Shown here piece after piece: positions 19,270 through 26,465 of a stretch of DNA of 64,000 nt. The DNA lies in NCBI RefSeq assembly GCF_900078365.1, contig NZ_LT598653.1:1837290-1901289 (forward strand), given 5' to 3'. The stretch is from an uncultured Sphingopyxis sp. (GTDB lineage Bacteria > Pseudomonadota > Alphaproteobacteria > Sphingomonadales > Sphingomonadaceae). A program made the position numbers and the translations under genes. Under the pieces are notes generated by a model. The model worked only from the letters and a program-made list of their open reading frames with translations, was not told where the DNA came from and did not search any database. Within the stretch, counting starts at the first letter, position 1; each line of letters begins with the position of its first letter.

Positions 19270-22200
19270 TCACCAGCTATCGATGAACGGACGCTTTTTC
19301 TTGCCCGTCCGTACAGGCGCGGGAATGCTTTCGAGACCCGCGACGATGTGAGCCCGCGTTTCGGCGGGATCGATCACTTCGTCGAAGTCGAACCCCATCG
19401 CGGTGCTGATCGCTTTGCCATTTTCATAGGATTCGGCGACGCGTTGTTCGTACCAGCGCTGCCGCTCGTCGAGATCGGCGATTGCCTCCATTTCCTTGCG
19501 ATAGCCCAGCTTGACTGCGCCCTCCAGCCCCATGCCGCCGAATTCGCCGGTGGGCCAGGACAAGGTAAAGAAGGGGGCCTGACTATGGCCGCCGACCATC
19601 GCCATCACGCCAAGGCCATAGCCTTTGCGCAGGACGACCGAGAAAAGCGGAACCGTCAGGTTGGGGCCGGTCACGAACATGCGGCAGCAATGCCGGATCA
19701 GCCCCGACTTTTCGGCTTCCGGACCCACCATATTGCCCGGCGTGTCCGCCAGAACGACGATCGGGATGTCGAACGCGTCGCACAATTGCATGAAGCGCGA
19801 ACATTTGTCCGCAGCATCGGCATCGACCGCGCCGCCGAGATAGGCCGAATTGTTCGCGATGATTCCGATCGGACGACCCTCGATCCGGGCCAGTGCGGTA
19901 ATCGCGGCGCGGCCGAATGTCTCGCGAAGCTCCAGCACCGAACCGGTGTCGCATAATGTCTCGATGATCCGGCAGATATCATAGGCACGCAGACGATTTT
20001 CAGGCACCATGCTGCGCAGAAGCCGCTGGTCGGCGGCATCCCACGAGGGCAGTCGTCCCTGAAAATAGGAGAGATATTTCTGTGCGATGCGCACGGCGTC
20101 GGCTTCGTCCTCCGCCAGGATGTCGATGACGCCGCCCGCCGCCTGTACCTCGGCCGGCCCGACTTCCTCCGGCGTGTAGACGCCGAGGCCGCCGCCTTCG
20201 ATCAGAGCCGGGCCGCCGACGCCCATCGTCGTGTCCTTCGTCGCTATCACGACGTCGCAGCATCCGAGCAGTACGGCGGCGCCCGCGAAGCAGCGACCAT
20301 TTGCGATCGCGATCTGGGGCACGAGCGCGCTCAGGCGGCCCTGCAACGCAAAGGCGCGCGTATTGAATATGCCGCCGCCCGCGGGCCGGTCGGTATCACC
20401 GGGGCGGCCGCCGCCGCTTTCGGCAAACAGGATGACCGGCAGGCGCCAACGCTCGGCCAGTTCCAGCATCCGGTCCGTTTTTTCGTGGTTCTTCAGGCCC
20501 TGTGTGCCGGCATAAACGGTATAATCATAGGACATGACGACGCAGCGCGACGCATCGGCGCCAAATATGTCGCCGTTCACGCGCCCGATCCCGGTGACCA
20601 TGCCGTCGGCCGGAGTCGTGCGAATGAGATGGTCGACGGGATGACGCAACCGCTGGCCCGCGATGACGAGCGAGCCATATTCGATGAAGCTGCCTTCATC
20701 GACGATATCGTCGACATTCTCCCGCGCCGTGCGATATCCGCGGGCACGCCGGCGGGCGACGGCATCGGGACGCGCGGTATCGAGCGTGAGCGCACGGCGC
20801 GCGTGCAATTCGGCGAGATCGGGGCGAATATGGTCGGGATCGATGTCGGCGGCGGATTCGATCGCCGAAAGACCAACATCGGCTTCCTCGAAGAACAGGA
20901 TGGGACTGCCCTCCGATACCACGGCGCCGATCTCGTTCGGCAACAGCCGCACATAGCCCGCCGCCGGCGCTGTGATGACATGTTCGAGTTTCATTGCCTC
21001 CATGACCGCGACAGGCTGTCCTGCCGCGACCGCCTCGTTCGCCGCTGCCGGCAATGCTATGAGCGAGCCGGTCATCGGTGCCGCGATCGCGACCGTACCG
21101 GCGGGCACGTCCACTATATGGTCCGGTGATGGCGCGTCGCTTGCGGCGTCGGACGAAGGGTCGGGCTTCAACTGGTCTGCATGATCGAGAAGTGCTCCGA
21201 GATGGCGCTCGATGAAAAACGTATCGAACGCGCCGGCCGCAATTTCGGGATGCTGCAACAATGCGCGGAGAAACGAGAGGTTGGTTTCGATGCCCTCGAT
21301 CGCAAACTCGCCGAGGGTGCGGTCAGCCAGACGAACGGCGTTCGCGAGACCGCCGGTCGGCGCGGTCGTGATCACCTTGGCAAGCAGGCTGTCGAAGCGG
21401 GGATTGGGTTGATATCCCCGCTCTCCGCAGTCGTCGACGCGCACACCCGGACCCGCCGGTATTTCGTAGCGGCCTATGCGACCGCCCGACGGTCGGGGCA
21501 TCCCGTCGGCAGCGATTGCTTCCGCGTTCACGCGCGCCTGAATGGCTACGCCGCGCGGGGCGGGAATTCGGTCCTGTCGCAGTTCGAGGTTGCGGAGCGA
21601 CATTCCATTTGCCAGCTCCAATTGGATGTCGACAAGGTCGAGCCCGGTAACCGCCTCCGTCACCGTATGTTCGACCTGTAGCCGGGCATTCGCTTCGATG
21701 AAGTAAAAGCTGCCGTTATCGAGGTCGACGAGAAACTCTACCGTCCCGACCCCACGATAATTCACGGCCCTGCCGATAGCGACGGCGGCGTCGAACAGTT
21801 TTTCACGCAGCGCCGTATCCAGCCCGGGTGCGGGAGCGATTTCGACGATCTTTTGCCGCTGGCGTTGCAGGCTGCATTCGCGGTCCCACAGATGGACGAC
21901 ATCGCCCGTGCCGTCGCCGATGATCTGTACCTCGACATGGCGCGCCCGGCCGACGAGCTTTTCGCAATAGACAGCGTCGGATCCAAACCCGGCGAGCGCC
22001 TCTGAGCTGCAGCGCTGGTGCGTGTCGGCGACCGCCGCGCGATCGGTGACCGGGCGCATTCCGCGACCGCCGCCGCCCGCGACCGCCTTGATCATCATCG
22101 CCCCGTGACGGTCGAAAAAGGCGAGGGCTTCTTCGACACCGACCGGGCCATCGCTGCCGGGCGGAACGGGAATGTCTGCCGCCAAGGCAATCGCGCGCGC

Positions 22201-22548
22201 GTGGGCTTTGTCGCCGAGCGCTGCAAGTGTCACCGCTGCGGGGCCGACAAAGACCAGACCGGCCTCCTCGCACCGCTGAGCGAACTCTGCGGACTCGCTC
22301 AGAAATCCGTATCCGGGGTGGACCGCGTCGCAGCCTGCGTCGCGTGCGACTTCGACGATCGCATCGATGTCAAGATAGGCGGCGGGGCCACTTCCGGGAA
22401 GCGCGAGCGCTTCGTCGGTCCGCCGGCTGTGCAATGCGTTGCGGTCGTCGGCCGAATAGATGCCGATGGACCTGATACCGCGGCCTGCGGCGGCGCGAGC
22501 GATGCGGACGGCAATCTCGCCGCGATTGGCTATCAACAGCTTTTTCAT
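19270..22548 (-). CDS. Single-chain biotin-dependent acyl-CoA carboxylase (BC-BCCP-CT)
   Basis: LLIANRGEIA, HPGYGFLSE, RLQVEH (biotin carboxylase); EAMKL biotin site; C-terminal carboxyltransferase with GGRPGD and DTPG. Confidence 0.9.
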   Translation of the reverse strand: MKKLLIANRGEIAVRIARAAAGRGIRSIGIYSADDRNALHSRRTDEALALPGSGPAAYLDIDAIVEVARDAGCDAVHPGYGFLSESAEFAQRCEEAGLVFVGPAAVTLAALGDKAHARAIALAADIPVPPGSDGPVGVEEALAFFDRHGAMMIKAVAGGGGRGMRPVTDRAAVADTHQRCSSEALAGFGSDAVYCEKLVGRARHVEVQIIGDGTGDVVHLWDRECSLQRQRQKIVEIAPAPGLDTALREKLFDAAVAIGRAVNYRGVGTVEFLVDLDNGSFYFIEANARLQVEHTVTEAVTGLDLVDIQLELANGMSLRNLELRQDRIPAPRGVAIQARVNAEAIAADGMPRPSGGRIGRYEIPAGPGVRVDDCGERGYQPNPRFDSLLAKVITTAPTGGLANAVRLADRTLGEFAIEGIETNLSFLRALLQHPEIAAGAFDTFFIERHLGALLDHADQLKPDPSSDAASDAPSPDHIVDVPAGTVAIAAPMTGSLIALPAAANEAVAAGQPVAVMEAMKLEHVITAPAAGYVRLLPNEIGAVVSEGSPILFFEEADVGLSAIESAADIDPDHIRPDLAELHARRALTLDTARPDAVARRRARGYRTARENVDDIVDEGSFIEYGSLVIAGQRLRHPVDHLIRTTPADGMVTGIGRVNGDIFGADASRCVVMSYDYTVYAGTQGLKNHEKTDRMLELAERWRLPVILFAESGGGRPGDTDRPAGGGIFNTRAFALQGRLSALVPQIAIANGRCFAGAAVLLGCCDVVIATKDTTMGVGGPALIEGGGLGVYTPEEVGPAEVQAAGGVIDILAEDEADAVRIAQKYLSYFQGRLPSWDAADQRLLRSMVPENRLRAYDICRIIETLCDTGSVLELRETFGRAAITALARIEGRPIGIIANNSAYLGGAVDADAADKCSRFMQLCDAFDIPIVVLADTPGNMVGPEAEKSGLIRHCCRMFVTGPNLTVPLFSVVLRKGYGLGVMAMVGGHSQAPFFTLSWPTGEFGGMGLEGAVKLGYRKEMEAIADLDERQRWYEQRVAESYENGKAISTAMGFDFDEVIDPAETRAHIVAGLESIPAPVRTGKKKRPFIDSW

Positions 22549-22551
22549 GAT

Positions 22552-22986
22552 CTAGACTGCTGTTTCTTTCGCGATGCTGTCGTGTAGCTCGCGTAAAACC
22601 GCCATGATTGGCTCCGGTGCCTTGTGGCTTCCGACGCGGATCGTCATTCGGCCTGCGGCAATCATCGCGCGCCGGTGATCATTGGCCGCTTTCAGCATCT
22701 GCTCCGTCGCGCCGTCATAGATCAACATTGCACCGGGCAAAGCGGCCGTCTGCTCCGCAACCAGCGCGAAATCCGCGTCGGGGTCGGGGGCGTCGCCGAA
22801 ACGAACTTTTCCGCCTTCGATCCTCGCTGCCCAGAAACTGGTCCCGCCATCGGGCGGCACGGAAGTGAAGGTTTCGGACAGAGAAAAATGATGGCCGGCC
22901 AGACGGTCGCTGTTCTCGGTCACCAATCGCGCGAGCAGTTCCTTAATGCGTTCGATCCACTGCGGGCCGGCAAAAATCATCGTCAT
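22552..22986 (-). CDS. Small hypothetical protein, SCP2-like lipid-binding fold suspected
   Basis: Last 144 aa of the 745-aa track ORF; its ATG overlaps the MFS stop (ATGA). N-terminus FAGPQWIE and IEGGKVRFGDAPDPDADFAL resemble bacterial SCP2-like proteins. Confidence 0.6.
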   Translation of the reverse strand: MTMIFAGPQWIERIKELLARLVTENSDRLAGHHFSLSETFTSVPPDGGTSFWAARIEGGKVRFGDAPDPDADFALVAEQTAALPGAMLIYDGATEQMLKAANDHRRAMIAAGRMTIRVGSHKAPEPIMAVLRELHDSIAKETAV

Positions 22987-24503
22987 TCTTTCGATTCCAG
23001 TTCGTGCAGGATACGTGCATGCTTGTCGCGATCGAGGTCGTAGAACCACATGATCGACATCGCGATCACGGTGAAAACGAGCATCATGGGACCATACAGC
23101 AGCGCCAGATGGACGGCGGTCTCGTGCGGTACTTCGTCGACTGCGACGCCTTGCGGGAAGCGGATCAGGTCGAGTGCTACCCCGGCGAGCGCGCCGCCGA
23201 TCCCCAGCGACGCCTTTCGCGTGAACGCGCTGACGCCGAAGAGAAAACCTTCGCTCCGGCTTTTGAAACGCAACTCGTAGGCGTCGGCGATGTCGGCAAG
23301 CATTGCGCCTGCAATCACCATGGCCGGGCCGCCTGCCAGCGACGCAAAAAATGCCGCGGCAGCGAGCAGCGCGGTCAGCATCTCTGCGCTTTCGGGAGGC
23401 GTCAGGACGCCCGCTTCGCGAAGGGCGATCGGGGCGACATTCAACGCGACCGACAATATCACCGACGCAATATAGGCTGTGCGTTTGTCTAACCGGTCGG
23501 CCAACGCGCGAGCAAAGACGGATCCGAGCATGAAGCCGAATGCCGCGCCGAGGAACACCCATTGGATACCCCATGTGGGCAGTTTCCAGTAGAAGGTGTT
23601 GACATGCACCGCCAGGGCTGCCTGCACGCCGCCAAGGACATAGGAAATCAGGATCGCGACGAAAAAGATCGCAAAGGTCCGCAGCCGGAACGCGTTGAAG
23701 AGATTGCTGAGCATCGGTTCGTGGAACTGGCCGCGGCCCTGCGATTGCATCCGGGAATAATATTGCAGCGCGCGCTTTTGGGTCGTCGCGGCGGACGCCA
23801 GGATCGCAACCAGCGCGATCACGCCGCATGTCAGCGCGAGCGGCGGATAGGCGCCTTCGTTCAACTGGCCCTGCGGATATTCGGGGGTTGTGTGAAAGAA
23901 TATGCTGAAAGCAATCGCAATCACGAGCAGGCGCCCTGCAAAAGCAAAGATGTTTCTGTAGCCGGAAACCGAAATCCGCTCTTTGAAGTCGGTCGAGAGT
24001 TCGGCGCCGAGAGCCATATGGGGGATGAAATAGAAAGACTGCATCAGCCGGCAGAAGGCCGTGAAGCCGAGGAGCCAGAAAAATATTCCCCATTGGCCCA
24101 AGCCTGCGGGCGGATCGAAGAGCATGTAAAGGCCGAAGGCGAGCGGGAGGGGAGCGAGATAGAGATAGGGATGCCGACGGCCAAAGCGCGTCGCCGTCCG
24201 GTCGGACAATTGGCCGATTAACGGGTCCGAGATGCCGTCGAACAGCAATGCGATCAGCAGCGCGAGTCCGACCAGCGAGCCTTGCAGTCCGATGACCTGA
24301 ACATAATAGAAAAAGAGAAATGTCTCGAGCGTCGCGGTTTTTACGCCCTCGGCCATTTCGCCGAGGCCATATCCCAATTTGGTTCCGATCGAGAGATGGT
24401 CGGTGCTTCTGCCCTCGCGAGCGGCTTCGCCGATAGGAGGAGAGGGCGTACAGGCTACGACCGGGGGAGCTCCCGGAACTGCTTCCCTCATCCTTCTCTC
24501 CAT
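22983..24503 (-). CDS. MFS transporter, GPH (MelB-like) family
   Basis: KLGYGLG, DGISDPLIGQLSDRTATRFGRRHPY, ALGAELSTDFKER; about 12 TM helices. Start could be 24491. Confidence 0.88.
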   Translation of the reverse strand: MERRMREAVPGAPPVVACTPSPPIGEAAREGRSTDHLSIGTKLGYGLGEMAEGVKTATLETFLFFYYVQVIGLQGSLVGLALLIALLFDGISDPLIGQLSDRTATRFGRRHPYLYLAPLPLAFGLYMLFDPPAGLGQWGIFFWLLGFTAFCRLMQSFYFIPHMALGAELSTDFKERISVSGYRNIFAFAGRLLVIAIAFSIFFHTTPEYPQGQLNEGAYPPLALTCGVIALVAILASAATTQKRALQYYSRMQSQGRGQFHEPMLSNLFNAFRLRTFAIFFVAILISYVLGGVQAALAVHVNTFYWKLPTWGIQWVFLGAAFGFMLGSVFARALADRLDKRTAYIASVILSVALNVAPIALREAGVLTPPESAEMLTALLAAAAFFASLAGGPAMVIAGAMLADIADAYELRFKSRSEGFLFGVSAFTRKASLGIGGALAGVALDLIRFPQGVAVDEVPHETAVHLALLYGPMMLVFTVIAMSIMWFYDLDRDKHARILHELESKE

Positions 24504-24538
24504 TTCTCACAGCGCATCGCTGCGCTCGCGAATCTGTT

Positions 24539-24554
24539 TGGTAATGCGTTACCA
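24539..24554. promoter_or_regulatory. Palindromic operator copy 3 (TGGTAATGCGTTACCA)
   Basis: 1 mismatch; in the divergent MFS/TetR intergenic region. Confidence 0.75.
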
Positions 24555-24631
24555 GCGACATGCCATCGGGGGGCGAGCTAGTCAATGTCATGGGTTGCAG
24601 GCGGCGAGGCACGCGATATAGCGGCGATGTT

Positions 24632-25324
24632 ATGGCGGATGTCGAAGACGTGACGGGCCCGGGCGGCCATATGTCGGACAAGCGAGCGGCGACCTTGCTG
24701 CAGGCCGCGCAGGCTATTGTCCGCGAGACAGGGAATTTCGATCTGCCGATGCGGACATTGGCTGCGCGCGCACAGGTCAGCCTGCGCACGCCCTATGAGG
24801 TTTTCGGATCGAAGAACGGGATCATCCGCGCGCTGCTGAAATCGGAACAGGAAGAGTTCCGGGAGATCGTCAGAAATTACCGGTCCATCGATCGGCTCGA
24901 GATGTTCTTCGACCGAACATTGCTCGGCATGGAGTTCTATGCTCGCGAACAGCCCTTTTATCGCGCGCTTTTCCGAGCGACGCAGGCATTTTCGGGCGGC
25001 GACGAGACCGAACCTGCGCGTGAGATGCTGCCCATCTATACCAATATGGTCCGCCGCGCGATCGAAGAGGGCTTCCTGCGCAACGATCTGGACATCACGA
25101 ATATCGCCGAAATCCTCACAGACCTGTTTGCGGCGAACCTGCGCAACTGGGCGTCCAGCGATTTCGATATCTGGCTTGCCGGGCAGAAAATATGTTTCGG
25201 ATTTTCGCTTGCGCTTGCCGGCGTCGCCACGCCGCAATGGGTCGACCGGCTGCACCTGAACGCCCGGGCTTACGACAAAGCGATTCAGGATTATCCCGGC
25301 GGAGCGGCGCTTCCGGTCAGGTAA
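24632..25324 (+). CDS. TetR/AcrR-family transcriptional regulator
   Basis: N-terminal HTH LLQAAQAIVRETGNFDLPMRTLAARAQVSLRTPYEVFGSKNGII; start at 24632 or 24671. Confidence 0.88.
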   Translation: MADVEDVTGPGGHMSDKRAATLLQAAQAIVRETGNFDLPMRTLAARAQVSLRTPYEVFGSKNGIIRALLKSEQEEFREIVRNYRSIDRLEMFFDRTLLGMEFYAREQPFYRALFRATQAFSGGDETEPAREMLPIYTNMVRRAIEEGFLRNDLDITNIAEILTDLFAANLRNWASSDFDIWLAGQKICFGFSLALAGVATPQWVDRLHLNARAYDKAIQDYPGGAALPVR

Positions 25325-26138
25325 TCCCGCGCTTCTGCCAGAATTCCGATCCGTGAACCTGGTCATATGTCTTGCGCAGCAACTCGCGGTCGTTTTGTTT
25401 GAACGTCGGGCTGCGTCCGAGGAAGATTTCCCGACCCAGCAAGCGGGGTAGTTCGGGGTCCTTGCCGGCGAACCAATCCTCGCCCAGATGATCGTAATTC
25501 TCGATCGGCTGCATGCCGATCCGCGTATATGTCATGTGCAAAACGACGCGCTCGCCGGGGATCTGGCGCGGATAGTTGCCGTGCCATACCGATCCGTCCC
25601 ACAGGCAGATCGCGCCCTTGGATGCGACGATCGGTCGCGCACCTTCCGGTTCCGCGCGTTCTTCGGGCGACGGATGACGCTTCAGCTTGTGCGAACCCGG
25701 AACGACAAGCGTCGCGCCCGATTCCTCAGTGAATTCGTCGGTGACCAGGCAGGCCGTGCACATGATCTCCCATTCGGGGAAGGGGGCGGGAAACCAGCTA
25801 TTGTCCGCGTGGAGACCGAGAGAACCTTTTCCCGCGCGCCGCCGCGAGCCGGACAATTGCGAGAAGAGTGCGCCTTTGCCCAGCAGATACTCGACCAGTG
25901 TCAAAAGCTTTGGTGTCGATATGGCGTCGGCAAAGATCGGATCCTCACCCAATATCGTGAAACGCGTCGGGGCTTTTTCCTCATCGCCTGCCGCCACGGT
26001 GCGAATGATGGCCTCGCGGACCTCATCGACAATCCGGTCAGTGCGCGCGTCGTGGAATATGGTGTATCCCCATTGGTCCAGCTCGGCGACATTCTCTTCA
26101 AGCCCTTGTTCGACAATGCGGTCGTGCAGCTTCTGCAT
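25317..26138 (-). CDS. PhyH-family Fe(II)/2-oxoglutarate dioxygenase, paralogue 2
   Basis: LHADNSWFP, DEFTEESGATLVVPGSHK, WHGN; AGGAG RBS supports the MQKLHD start; convergent overlap with tetR. Confidence 0.88.
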   Translation of the reverse strand: MQKLHDRIVEQGLEENVAELDQWGYTIFHDARTDRIVDEVREAIIRTVAAGDEEKAPTRFTILGEDPIFADAISTPKLLTLVEYLLGKGALFSQLSGSRRRAGKGSLGLHADNSWFPAPFPEWEIMCTACLVTDEFTEESGATLVVPGSHKLKRHPSPEERAEPEGARPIVASKGAICLWDGSVWHGNYPRQIPGERVVLHMTYTRIGMQPIENYDHLGEDWFAGKDPELPRLLGREIFLGRSPTFKQNDRELLRKTYDQVHGSEFWQKRGIT

Positions 26139-26164
26139 GGCATTTGGTCTCCTCTCCTGATGCA

Positions 26165-26180
26165 AGGTAACGTGTTACCG
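26165..26180. promoter_or_regulatory. Palindromic operator copy 4 (AGGTAACGTGTTACCG)
   Basis: 14-bp core GGTAACGTGTTACC with 1 mismatch; 27 bp upstream of the phyH paralogue 2 start. Confidence 0.7.
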
Positions 26181-26465
26181 AAGAGGTGCAAGATATATTC
26201 TTTAATAGCGCAAAGCGCGTCGCTTACTTCCTGTCGATCCATCCATGCCGACCTCCAAACAGCCAGCAGCTTGAATCACAATCTATCCCCAATGGGAATC
26301 CTGAATGTAAACACTTCCCAGGGCCGCCGGCGCGTCCGTCAATCGACGTTGAGACGATTGAACCAATGCGATGAAACACTTGGCCTAACGGCATCGGCCC
26401 AACCCGTGCCATTTCCGCCCCGTTTGGGCCGCGCGTCCACCTGACGCGCGGAGAGGGGAAAACTC

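Noticed and set aside
22552-24789. 745-aa ORF as a single gene
   Set aside because: It overlaps the MFS gene in another frame; only the last 144 codons have a coupled start and plausible composition.
25901-26242. 113-aa ORF upstream of and overlapping phyH2
   Set aside because: It runs through the operator and into phyH2 out of frame and has no recognisable features.
26383-26429. attC-like GCCTAAC/GCCCAAC ... GTTTGGGC
   Set aside because: Too short, the right end is not GTTRRRY, there are no L boxes or further cassettes, and no integron integrase is present.
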